DNA of 64,000 nucleotides from an uncultured delta proteobacterium (GTDB taxonomy: Bacteria; Desulfobacterota; Desulfobacteria; Desulfobacterales; JAFDCJ01). The notes under the pieces were generated by a model. The model did no database searches and was not told the origin of the DNA. It saw only the letters and a program-made list of their open reading frames with translations. The translations under genes were made by a program, and so were the position numbers. Location: contig CAVYNY010000021.1 of assembly GCA_963769935.1 (NCBI GenBank), positions 64,001-128,000 on the forward strand, read 5' to 3'. Numbering within the stretch: position 1 is the first letter of the stretch; each line of letters begins with the position of its first letter. Below are positions 8,462-16,626 of this stretch, piece after piece.

Positions 8462-9862
8462 ATGGAATCGATTCCCGCGAAACAGACGCCCGTGCTGGTT
8501 GTCGACGATGACGAAGGACTCCTTTTAAGCATTAAAGCAACCCTGGTCAGTGCGGGTTTACCCGAACCGGCACTTGCCTCGGACAGCCGCAATACCTTGG
8601 ATCTGATGCGAACCCATCATTTTCAACTGGTATTGTTGGATCTGATGATGCCGTATCTAAACGGCATCGAGGTGCTGGAAAAAATCAAAAGTGAATTCCC
8701 GGAAACGGAATGCGTGATTGTCAGTGCCAGCGATGAGGTGGCCACTGCAGTGCAGGCCATGACCCTGGGGGCATCCGACTACCTGGTAAAACCCCTGAAC
8801 AGTGAAAAACTTATCGCCCTGGTGAATCGCAGCCTCGAAAAATATAATCTGCAGGACGAACTGGCGCGGTTCGGCCGCCAGAAAGTTTTTGCCGAGTTGA
8901 AGAACCCGGAGGCCTTTGCCGGCATGGTTGCTGAAGATGAGTCCATGGCGTTGGTATTTCATCAGGTTGAAGCTGTCGCCGGCACCGATTACAGCGTGGT
9001 GATCAACGGTGAATCCGGCACCGGCAAGGAGATGCTGGCACGGGTCATACACAAACTGAGCAATCGCTCCAAAGCACCCTTCTATGCCGTCAACATGGCA
9101 TCCTTCAGCAAAACCATATTCGAAGATGAGTTCTTCGGTCATGCCAAAGGCGCCTATACGGATGCTGCAAGTGAGAGACGCGGTTTTTTCGAGGCAGCTC
9201 ACGGGGGTACGCTTTTTCTGGATGAAATCACCGAGTTGGATCCGTCGTTGCAGGCTAAACTGTTAAGGGTCATCGAAGAGCGCGAATTCTATCGGTTGGG
9301 AAGTACTGAAATTAGAAATGTTGATGTCCGCATTGTTGCGGCAACCAATCGCGATATCCATGAGGACATAATTAAAGGTCGCTTTCGGGCCGACCTGTTT
9401 TACCGGATTAACATGTATAACATCAAGATTCCGCCTTTGAGGGAGAGAAAGAATGATATTCTGCCGCTGGCCAGGCATTTTCTTAATCTCCATTCCAGGG
9501 CCAACAACAAGAAAATCCGTGACTTGTCCTCTGAGTTGGCTGAAAGGCTGCTGCGGTGTTCCTTTCTCGGCAACGTCAGAGAGCTTGAAAACATGATAGC
9601 TGCGGCGGTATTGCTGGAAAAGGGCAAGACCCTGACACTGGCTTCCGCCCGCAATTTGTTGCCGTACAACGGACCCGAACGGCGTAAAAATGTTGAACTG
9701 CTCACTCTAGACGAAGTTGAAAGGCGACATATCAAACGGGTTCTCGAGGTTACAGGCGGAAATCGACCGAAAGCGGCTAAGATCTTAGGCATCAATGTTT
9801 CAACCGTATATCGCAAATTGGAAAAATACGACATACCAGACAGCAACCCAACGGAGAATTGA
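8462..9862 (+). CDS. NtrC-family sigma54-dependent response regulator (REC-AAA+-HTH)
   Basis: REC (VVDDD, LLDLMMP), GESGTGKE, GAYTDA (GAFTGA variant), LFLDEI, Fis-type HTH. Confidence 0.93.
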   Translation: MESIPAKQTPVLVVDDDEGLLLSIKATLVSAGLPEPALASDSRNTLDLMRTHHFQLVLLDLMMPYLNGIEVLEKIKSEFPETECVIVSASDEVATAVQAMTLGASDYLVKPLNSEKLIALVNRSLEKYNLQDELARFGRQKVFAELKNPEAFAGMVAEDESMALVFHQVEAVAGTDYSVVINGESGTGKEMLARVIHKLSNRSKAPFYAVNMASFSKTIFEDEFFGHAKGAYTDAASERRGFFEAAHGGTLFLDEITELDPSLQAKLLRVIEEREFYRLGSTEIRNVDVRIVAATNRDIHEDIIKGRFRADLFYRINMYNIKIPPLRERKNDILPLARHFLNLHSRANNKKIRDLSSELAERLLRCSFLGNVRELENMIAAAVLLEKGKTLTLASARNLLPYNGPERRKNVELLTLDEVERRHIKRVLEVTGGNRPKAAKILGINVSTVYRKLEKYDIPDSNPTEN

Positions 9863-9971
9863 GCCATTGAGGGGTTCGAGAAGATGGAATCACCCGAATT
9901 CCTGAATTCTTTAATAGGCTGGGCCGGGTAAATTCAATAAGGCGGGGGGCTCTGAGCAGGAGGGCAAAAAT

Positions 9972-10421
9972 ATGTCAGATGGCTTGGATGTTATCGTCCT
10001 TGACGACGATCGCGGCATTTGCGAGATCATCTCCGAGTTGATCGAAAGTTTTTATTCGTGGGGGAAAGTATATCCTTTTTCGGATCCGGAGGAAGCGATA
10101 ACATTTTGTCTGCAACGGGACATCGGAGTTGCGATTTTTGTGGTGGATGTTTTTCTCGGCGGCCTGAACGGATTTTATTTTTTAGATGCCATCGCAGAAA
10201 AGTATCCCACTGCGTATGAAGATGCAATCATGATCAGCGGCAATGCCAGTGATGACGTGGTGAACATGTGCCTGGCATCCAACGTGAACTACTTGCTGGA
10301 AAAGCCTCTTAAACCTTATGCCCTGCAGCTCGCCGTAAGGGCCATAACGGCCAAATACTTGGAATTTGCCAAAAAACTAATGGAGGATTCACGGTTTGCT
10401 AAAAATGTGGCCAGACTTTAG
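9972..10421 (+). CDS. Stand-alone response regulator receiver protein
   Basis: IVLDDD, VVDVFL, ISG, LEKPL receiver signature. Confidence 0.88.
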   Translation: MSDGLDVIVLDDDRGICEIISELIESFYSWGKVYPFSDPEEAITFCLQRDIGVAIFVVDVFLGGLNGFYFLDAIAEKYPTAYEDAIMISGNASDDVVNMCLASNVNYLLEKPLKPYALQLAVRAITAKYLEFAKKLMEDSRFAKNVARL

Positions 10422-10482
10422 CCCCACCATTTCGGCATAACGGAAAGTTCAAGGTTTAAAAATTCCGAGGCATCAACAACCT

Positions 10483-11220
10483 ATGGCTGAAACTGAAAAA
10501 ATTCGGGGAGGCGAAATTGCAACGCTTTTGACAGAGCTGCAGCAGCTTAAAACCCCGCTAAAAATTCGTTGGACGGATGATGATGAAGAATATTTAACCT
10601 ATATCACGGATATCCGCAAACGGAAGCGAACGCTTCATTTTCTTGTCAACTATCAGGAAGATCTTCCCAAAACCCGTGAGGCTGCCAATCCTTCACAGCT
10701 GCGGTTTGAATTCAGCGATAAAGAAAACATTAAATATGTCTTTGAAACCAACGCCGATGAATTCTCCCGGGGAATGGTGTGGGTGGCTTTTCCGGAATCC
10801 ATCCAGCGATACCAGCGACGCAGCCTTTTCAGGCTGGAAGCGCCCCACGGCACCCGGCTCTATTTCAACGTCAACGATGTCCGCTGTAAGCTGCTCGTCA
10901 TTAATGTCAGTCTGGGCGGGACCCTCGGTGTGCTGGTCAGCTTGACCAAACAAATGGAGCACGAACTCACATCCTGCCAGTCGCAAACATTGAAGAATGT
11001 CGAACTGTTCTTTCCTCCCAAAATTCAAAAAGAACAAGGTTCCGTAATCAAGATCAAACGCTGCCGGATTATAAGACAGGAACGAAATCCACTGACCCAA
11101 AAATTCGAATGCGCCATGGAGTTCAAAGAAATAGAAGAAGCTGAGCAGAAGAAGTTAACACGGCAATTCTACCGTTGGCAAAGAGAGTATCTACGAAGAA
11201 GAAAATTGATGGGCGCTTAG
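10483..11220 (+). CDS. PilZ-domain protein (YcgR/flagellar brake-like)
   Basis: QRRSLFR (RxxxR) and NVSLGG (D/NxSxxG) motifs after a ~100-aa N-terminal domain. Confidence 0.8.
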   Translation: MAETEKIRGGEIATLLTELQQLKTPLKIRWTDDDEEYLTYITDIRKRKRTLHFLVNYQEDLPKTREAANPSQLRFEFSDKENIKYVFETNADEFSRGMVWVAFPESIQRYQRRSLFRLEAPHGTRLYFNVNDVRCKLLVINVSLGGTLGVLVSLTKQMEHELTSCQSQTLKNVELFFPPKIQKEQGSVIKIKRCRIIRQERNPLTQKFECAMEFKEIEEAEQKKLTRQFYRWQREYLRRRKLMGA

Positions 11221-11256
11221 CAAAATAAGACATTTTATATTTTGATCATTACTTTT

Positions 11257-12180
11257 TCAAATCTCCCAAACCATTCCTTCCCTGGCAAAAACGATCTCCA
11301 TGTCGCCGTTTCTTCGCCCACCGCAGAATTCCCTTGCCAGGCGGTCAATCTGCGAATCGGTGCGCAGCGGATCATGGTGGCAAATAACCAGTCGCTTAAC
11401 CGCTGCCCGTTCGGCCGTCTCAACGGCATATTCGACCGGTGAATGGCCCCATCCGATTTTACCGGCTTCGTATTCCTTCATGGTATACTGTCCGTCATGG
11501 ATGAGTAGATCCGCGCCGGAGAAAAATTCTTCCATCCTGCTGTTTTCCTCCCGGGCGGCCGCAGTCCCCTCCGCGGCAACAAGCTCATCGTATGATGGCT
11601 CGGACGGATCCACACCGAATACATTATAGAACGGTTCGGTATCATAAGCAGTACAGAAGACTTTCCCGCAGTATTCGAATCGATACCCCAGAGCAAGCAG
11701 CGGGTGGTTGAGATATTTGGCGATCAGCACAATGCCGTCACCAAGGTCGTAGCGCCCCTCCTTTATATCAATGTATTCAATGCAGGCACCCAATTCTTCC
11801 TGGCGCACCGGAAAGTAGCGATAGGACATCTGGCCGCCGATCACATCCTTCAGACGATCCTCGGCACAGGTTATAGGGCCGTGAATTTTCAGGTAAGTTT
11901 GCGGCAAATACATCGGTGCAAAGAAAGGCAGCCCCAAAATATGGTCCAGATGGGTGTGGGTCAAAAAGATCTCGGCGCTGAAATGACCGTTGCCGAAGGA
12001 ATTTTCAATCAGGGCGTCGCCCAGTGCACGAATTCCGGAACCGGCATCAATAATGATCAACCGATTACGATCGGCGGTCTTCAAACGCAATTCAAGACAT
12101 AAGGTGTTGCCGCCATATTTGACGGTTTCCGGTCCCGGGCTGGGTATGGAGCCCCTTACACCCCAAAATTTTAATTCCAT
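11257..12180 (-). CDS. MBL-fold metallo-hydrolase (putative phosphodiesterase)
   Basis: KFWGVRGS, YGGNT.C, IDAGSG, THTHLDH, GWGHS, HHDP; start MELKF lies just after the HDOD stop. Confidence 0.88.
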   Translation of the reverse strand: MELKFWGVRGSIPSPGPETVKYGGNTLCLELRLKTADRNRLIIIDAGSGIRALGDALIENSFGNGHFSAEIFLTHTHLDHILGLPFFAPMYLPQTYLKIHGPITCAEDRLKDVIGGQMSYRYFPVRQEELGACIEYIDIKEGRYDLGDGIVLIAKYLNHPLLALGYRFEYCGKVFCTAYDTEPFYNVFGVDPSEPSYDELVAAEGTAAAREENSRMEEFFSGADLLIHDGQYTMKEYEAGKIGWGHSPVEYAVETAERAAVKRLVICHHDPLRTDSQIDRLAREFCGGRRNGDMEIVFAREGMVWEI

Positions 12181-12184
12181 CACG

Positions 12185-13078
12185 CTAGTCATCTTGGACG
12201 ACCTCCAGAAAAACTTTGGCTTTGTCGATTTCGCATAATACCGTCTCGCGCAGATTCGACAACATCGCCCAATCGACGCCGACTTTGCCGCTAAGATCGG
12301 TGGCCGCCGCATGATCGGCAGGCTGACTTCCGGCATTGCCGATATGGAACACGTTGGCCCATTGATTGGCCAATGAAACAATCGACACAAAGCCGCGGTT
12401 TTTCTCAGAGCTCTCATCCGGATGGTGATGGTGGGAAAGCGAGTCAATCAGCGACCGGCCCAGTCGCCATTTCCTGGCAATCATCCGTCCCACGGCACAA
12501 TGATCGAGTCCCAGATGCCTGATTTCGTTCAGGTACAGTTCATTTTCCTGGCGGCGGGCGCAATCCCATACCCGGTAGTATTCTGTCGGAAATTGGGATT
12601 GCAAGGGAAGTTTGCCCAGGTCGTGCAACAGTCCGGCAATAAAAAATTCTTCGCGCGCTGACGAAGGCACTTCCTTTAGAGCAGCCAGTGATTTAGCGAC
12701 CACCCCGACCCCCAGCGAGTGGGTCCAGAATTCATCGGCCGAAAATGATCGACCGGGGCGCTGGCCCTTGAAATTATCCAGAATGGTAAAGCTAAGCGCG
12801 AGGTTTTTGACATTATTAATTCCCAGCAGAATAATCGCATGGGTAAGAGAAGATACCGGGCGGCCCAGTGAATAATAGGCCGAATTGATGAGTTTCAAGA
12901 CCCGGCCGGTTAGAACCGGGTCCAGCGAGATGACCTTTTTGAGATCATAGGCGGAGGCCTTCGGATCGTTGCAGGTCTCCAGGACTTTAATAACGGTGGT
13001 CGACAGACTGGGCATTCTGGCAATGTAGGCCTCAATTTTCTTTAAAAAGCGCTCCCGGTTGGGATGGAAATCATTCAT
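12185..13078 (-). CDS. HDOD domain protein
   Basis: MPSLS, DPVLT..VLKLINSAYY, FWTHS, AGLLHDLGKL, DH, HHH. Confidence 0.9.
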   Translation of the reverse strand: MNDFHPNRERFLKKIEAYIARMPSLSTTVIKVLETCNDPKASAYDLKKVISLDPVLTGRVLKLINSAYYSLGRPVSSLTHAIILLGINNVKNLALSFTILDNFKGQRPGRSFSADEFWTHSLGVGVVAKSLAALKEVPSSAREEFFIAGLLHDLGKLPLQSQFPTEYYRVWDCARRQENELYLNEIRHLGLDHCAVGRMIARKWRLGRSLIDSLSHHHHPDESSEKNRGFVSIVSLANQWANVFHIGNAGSQPADHAAATDLSGKVGVDWAMLSNLRETVLCEIDKAKVFLEVVQDD

Positions 13079-13126
13079 TGCACGACACGAGTCAAAACAC
13101 ATGTGAAGTTATTTTTGAGTAGGTCC

Positions 13127-13588
13127 TTAAGATGCGATATAGTCTCCTCTGTAAAATTTGGTTGTTTCCAGTGAGGCGGTAACCAGCGTCTGATTGACGA
13201 TATCTTTGAGTTTCTCGCCATCGGGCAATGTATCCAACACCGGTGCCAGCTTTTCCCTCTGCTTGTCAATTTCTTGGATGATGGGATCAATTTTTTTCAG
13301 GCTATTGCCAGGATCAGACAGCATTTGACGGTAATGATCAAGCAGGTCGATTAAATTTTCCACGCGCTCAGTGGCAACCTGCCGATCCCATCCAAAAGTT
13401 TCCGCCGACCGGATTCCGGACAGGGGATTGACAAAAGTCGTCGACCGCGATCCCGCAACTTCCGGCGGCTTATTTCCAATGGTCTCTTTTAAAATATCAC
13501 CAAATTTTTCGCCGACCGCCGGCTGGGAATCCGTTTTGCCCTCGGTATAAAGATTCTGGAGTATTTGATGGTAATTTTCAATTTTCAT
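13127..13588 (-). CDS. Hypothetical helical protein, flagellar-locus associated
   Basis: Clean ORF with AAGGA RBS; FGDILKE and C-terminal KFYRGDY; flagellar-type promoter elements upstream. Confidence 0.75.
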   Translation of the reverse strand: MKIENYHQILQNLYTEGKTDSQPAVGEKFGDILKETIGNKPPEVAGSRSTTFVNPLSGIRSAETFGWDRQVATERVENLIDLLDHYRQMLSDPGNSLKKIDPIIQEIDKQREKLAPVLDTLPDGEKLKDIVNQTLVTASLETTKFYRGDYIAS

Positions 13589-13702
13589 CGCGGCACCGTC
13601 CTTAATTTAATTTCTCCGAATTTCTGCAGCTCATATAAAATATGAGAGCATCACTCGGATCATTGGGGAATCGCCCAAACGTCCTCGTGTGAACCATGCT
13701 AT

Positions 13703-13857
13703 TGCAATATTCATGCACAGTTGTGTGATATATTATTCTGTGAAGAAATTAATATAATATCAAACAATTAGAACATAAAATGCTCCCGGCTGGACGGAAC
13801 CGGAAACTGGAGCGGAAAAAAATACCACCAGGCAGCGACGGCACGGCAAATATTTCC
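13703..13857 (-). promoter_or_regulatory. Non-canonical sigma54-like promoter with IHF site and enhancer box
   Basis: GTGCATGAATATTGCA (13703-13718; TG at -24 instead of GG), IHF consensus TATCAAACAATTA (13758-13770), GGCAAATATTTCC box (13845-13857). Confidence 0.45.
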
Positions 13858-13870
13858 GCAGAAGAGGGTC

Positions 13871-14383
13871 TTAGGCCGCCTCGGACAGCAGCGACAGTTC
13901 ATCATTGCTTAAAACCCGGTCAATATCCAATAATATTTTGACGCCACCTTCCATTTTTGCCATCCCGAGAATATAGTCGGTGTTTAGCTTGGTGCCGAAG
14001 GTGGGGGTTTTTTCTATGTCGTCGCCCTTGATATTTAGAACCTCCGATACCGCATCAACCACTATGCCGATCAGGATGGTTCCTGCATTGCCGGAGATTT
14101 CCACAACAATGATACAGGTTCGCTCGGTATAGTCGATGGCCGGCATGCCAAATCTCAATCGAAGATCCAGCACGGGAATGACCTTCCCCCGAAGGTTGAT
14201 TACCCCTTTCACATAGTCCGGCGTCTGCGGCACCGAAGTTATCGGCAGCATGCCGATGATCTCTTTGATCTTCAGGATGCCGATACCGTAATCTTCTTCC
14301 GCCAATGTGAACGTAAGATATTTGCCTTCCTTATCGGCCATAGCCTTGACCGCCTGATTAATCTTCTCCTCGACATGTGCCAT
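13871..14383 (-). CDS. cheW: Chemotaxis scaffold protein CheW
   Basis: KYLTF.L..E.YGI, VPQTP.YVKGVINLRGKVIPVLDLR, GIVVDAVSEV. Confidence 0.96.
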   Translation of the reverse strand: MAHVEEKINQAVKAMADKEGKYLTFTLAEEDYGIGILKIKEIIGMLPITSVPQTPDYVKGVINLRGKVIPVLDLRLRFGMPAIDYTERTCIIVVEISGNAGTILIGIVVDAVSEVLNIKGDDIEKTPTFGTKLNTDYILGMAKMEGGVKILLDIDRVLSNDELSLLSEAA

Positions 14384-14401
14384 CGTCTTTTCTCCTTATA
14401 T

Positions 14402-15142
14402 CTAGCTTTTTGAAATTGATTTCAGCGGTACGCCCAGCACCAGATATGACATAGGCGGTTCCCGCAGCGGATGAACCGAGACCCGAATCGCGCGGCTTCC
14501 GAACGATCCGTTATTAATTAAAATCCGGCAGTCTTCGTTCACCGCAGGCTTTCCAACCGCCATTTTTCTGACCGCCTCAATGACCTTGGGCAGTGAACCG
14601 GAATAAATAATTTTTTCAAGTCCCATGCCCACTAGATCTCTTTGCTGAACACCACATAAGTCGGCACAGAGAGAATTGCCGCCCCACAGGTACAAATCCT
14701 TAAAGACAGCGGCCGGCCCATTAATTTGATGGACGAATTGGATGCGGTGCAAATAGGTTTCGATGTAATAGCGGCAAGTGTTACAGTCCCTACAGCTCAG
14801 CAAACCGCTGTCTTTAAGCGTGAAACAGGGCTGCAGCTGATTCTTAAACGCAATACATTCGCCGCATCCGTGTCCGTGATCAGTGCCGTGCCAGAAATGC
14901 CAACAGGTCTGAAAGCTTTTGTAAATGGGCCCGTTTGAGTTTTCCGGCCACAATTCGGGCGGTATTTTTTGCCCGTTGCTGTTAAGGAAAAACAAAAGGT
15001 CTTCAACCGGAATCGTATAATTTCTTCCCGCCCGATTGGCATGCAATTTTCTGGAGCGAATCCAGTATCCGACGGTGGTGCGCCCCACCCCGCACAGGAC
15101 AGCCGCCTGGGATACCGACAATGTTTTTTTGTTTTCGGCCAT
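14402..15142 (-). CDS. Excisionase/MerR-type HTH protein with Cys-rich and PAS-like domains
   Basis: LSVSQAA..CGV...TV..WI HTH; CW..CGEC..C..C.DCNTC cluster; C-terminal N...ADL.G....DLVG PAS-like segment. Confidence 0.75.
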   Translation of the reverse strand: MAENKKTLSVSQAAVLCGVGRTTVGYWIRSRKLHANRAGRNYTIPVEDLLFFLNSNGQKIPPELWPENSNGPIYKSFQTCWHFWHGTDHGHGCGECIAFKNQLQPCFTLKDSGLLSCRDCNTCRYYIETYLHRIQFVHQINGPAAVFKDLYLWGGNSLCADLCGVQQRDLVGMGLEKIIYSGSLPKVIEAVRKMAVGKPAVNEDCRILINNGSFGSRAIRVSVHPLREPPMSYLVLGVPLKSISKS

Positions 15143-15173
15143 TCGTACGATAACTCCTTGCTGACTGGGGCAT

Positions 15174-15200
15174 ATATCGGCAATTCCTCAAAAAACTTGA
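15174..15200 (-). promoter_or_regulatory. sigma28 (FliA) promoter of the HTH-cheW unit
   Basis: TCAA-N15-GCCGATAT. Confidence 0.75.
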
Positions 15201-15290
15201 TCCAAAATTAGGGAATCCCGGCTGTCAGGCCTTAGAGGCTGAATAAAAAATAAACCAGTCCGGCAGAATTAATGCAATAATTGCCCACCT

Positions 15291-15304
15291 GTCGGATTTT
15301 TGAC
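15291..15304. promoter_or_regulatory. FleQ-type enhancer box upstream of the sRNA promoter
   Basis: GTCGGATTTTTGAC (GTC-N8-GAC); related boxes at 47502 and 61977. Confidence 0.5.
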
Positions 15305-15383
15305 GGAATTGCTGCTCAAAACCCACTAGTGGTTCGAAGACAGGCAACATCCTCCAATTCATTTCCGATCCGGCTTATATTCA

Positions 15384-15396
15384 TAACCTGTTGATA
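15384..15396 (-). promoter_or_regulatory. IHF site
   Basis: TATCAACAGGTTA fits WATCAANNNNTTR and lies between the enhancer box and the sigma54 promoter. Confidence 0.55.
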
Positions 15397-15457
15397 TGTT
15401 AATGATTTTATTTTTAAATAACCGTGCGGATCAAGTCGTTACTCTGAATTTATCATC

Positions 15458-15473
15458 TGGCACATTAATTGCT
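15458..15473 (+). promoter_or_regulatory. sigma54 -24/-12 promoter
   Basis: TGGCAC-ATTAA-TTGCT, consensus match; no protein gene downstream on this strand. Confidence 0.8.
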
Positions 15474-15483
15474 TTAATAAACA

Positions 15484-15568
15484 TCAAATGGAATGAAGTT
15501 TCCTCCTTTCCTTCATTCCCACCTCCGACTAACCCTGTTAGGCACCCCCCCTAACAGGGTTTTTCTTT
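15484..15568 (+). ncRNA. Candidate sigma54-dependent small RNA with anti-SD motifs
   Basis: 9-bp stem GGAATGAAG/CTTCATTCC with CCTCCT loop, single-stranded CACCTCC, 12-bp terminator stem plus T-tract; no ORF. Confidence 0.7.
15531..15568 (+). terminator. Intrinsic terminator of the candidate sRNA
   Basis: AACCCTGTTAGG / CCTAACAGGGTT perfect stem followed by TTTCTTT. Confidence 0.85.
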
Positions 15569-15713
15569 GCAGACAGGTGCATAGTACCCCCCTCAAAGGA
15601 TCAAATTAGGTGTCGAAAGGTGTCGAAAAATTGGCAGTCTGCTATTTGGATCGGCCGGAAAGGGAATAAGAAAGAGGATTTGAAGGCAGCTACGACAATA
15701 AATGATATTTATT

Positions 15714-15914
15714 TCAATTACTTAAACGATTTTTCTGATTTTGACGGTGCTTCTTTTTTGGTTCAAACGCCAGACAGTTATTGCCTTGCATGATACGCCG
15801 CACATCCATCATGGGCAGTCGTCGGCTTTTGAAGCCCATGGCGCGGCACCCATGGGGATGGCTCACTTCCCAGGTCACAAAATAATGAATACATCTGCAG
15901 CAGGTTGGGGGCAT
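15714..15914 (-). CDS. Small Cys-rich conserved-type protein (putative metal-binding)
   Basis: CxxCxHYFVTW...P.GC..MGFKS..LP...V......C..F pattern. Confidence 0.75.
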   Translation of the reverse strand: MPPTCCRCIHYFVTWEVSHPHGCRAMGFKSRRLPMMDVRRIMQGNNCLAFEPKKKHRQNQKNRLSN

Positions 15915-15921
15915 TCGTTCG

Positions 15922-16123
15922 TTGGGTTTATAGTGTTTATTGCGTTTACTTAGTTGATCGTGATGAATCTTTGGGTTTTGATCGTTTAGATCGTTATGAT
16001 CGTTATGATCGTTTAGTTCGTTATGATCGTCGCCTTAGTTTTCAACCTATTCAACGCAACCAGCCCAGTAAACTTTCACTCGACATTCGGCATTCGGCAT
16101 TCATCATTTGTCAATCGTCATTC
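15922..16123. repeat. Intergenic 9-mer and 7-mer tandem arrays
   Basis: GATCGTTAT/GATCGTTTA array at 15980-16030, TTGGGTTTA-like array with a degenerate inverted partner, CATTCGG heptamer array at 16084-16123. Confidence 0.75.
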
Positions 16124-16125
16124 CG

Positions 16126-16617
16126 CTAACGGTCCCCCGCGCGGTATCTTCGGTTTCCCCCGGTATCAACGACTATCCCCATATTCCGGAGCAGATCGAA
16201 TGCCTCCTCACGCTGGGAGTTGTATCCTTCCCCGCTGACCGCAATGACCGCCTGAATGACTTCATCGCTCAATCCGGCTTGTTTGAGCTCGATTACATCC
16301 TGCGCACTGGTAAACCGCAGGGACTTCATCTGCTGGCCGTAAATGATGGGTTCTGAGGCTTTTAAAAAAGAACTTTCCCGCATCAGCATTCGGAGGGTTT
16401 CTTCCCCCAGACCGGCTTTCTTCATATGCACGATGTCATCGACGCTGAATGCGGCTGTTTCGATCACCTTCTCTTCAGCAATTATCTGGATGGTCAAATC
16501 GCTGATACCGGCTTTTTTCAGCTCAACGACATTTTTGCCGCTCAAGCCTGCGGCCGGGTGGGCGGCAATGAAAAGCATGTTCAAAAAAATTGCAGCGACG
16601 ATTGCTTTTTTTTTCAA
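16126..16617 (-). CDS. Secreted hypothetical protein with three helical repeats
   Basis: Signal peptide; VVELKKAGISD, IVHMKKAGLGE, VIELKQAGLSD; 9 bp after flgL. Confidence 0.75.
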   Translation of the reverse strand: MKKKAIVAAIFLNMLFIAAHPAAGLSGKNVVELKKAGISDLTIQIIAEEKVIETAAFSVDDIVHMKKAGLGEETLRMLMRESSFLKASEPIIYGQQMKSLRFTSAQDVIELKQAGLSDEVIQAVIAVSGEGYNSQREEAFDLLRNMGIVVDTGGNRRYRAGDR

Positions 16618-16626
16618 AACGTCACC

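Noticed and set aside
12181..12447. N-terminal extension of the MBL ORF (396 aa) and similar long starts for flgB, flgF, flgJ and fliI
   Set aside because: The extensions overlap upstream genes, promoters or repeats; family N-termini and RBSs indicate later starts.
14402..15142. Excisionase indicating a mobile element
   Set aside because: The HTH is fused to sensory-like domains, sits under a sigma28 promoter with cheW, and no integrase or att site is present.
15488..15496. Leader peptide in the candidate sRNA (ATG GAA TGA)
   Set aside because: Only two codons, no RBS, and no downstream same-strand gene to attenuate.
15905..16129. 74-aa ORF with RYD repeats, and ORFs at 52260-53211 and 60200-60631
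   Set aside because: Translations of tandem or dispersed repeats, or antisense shadows.
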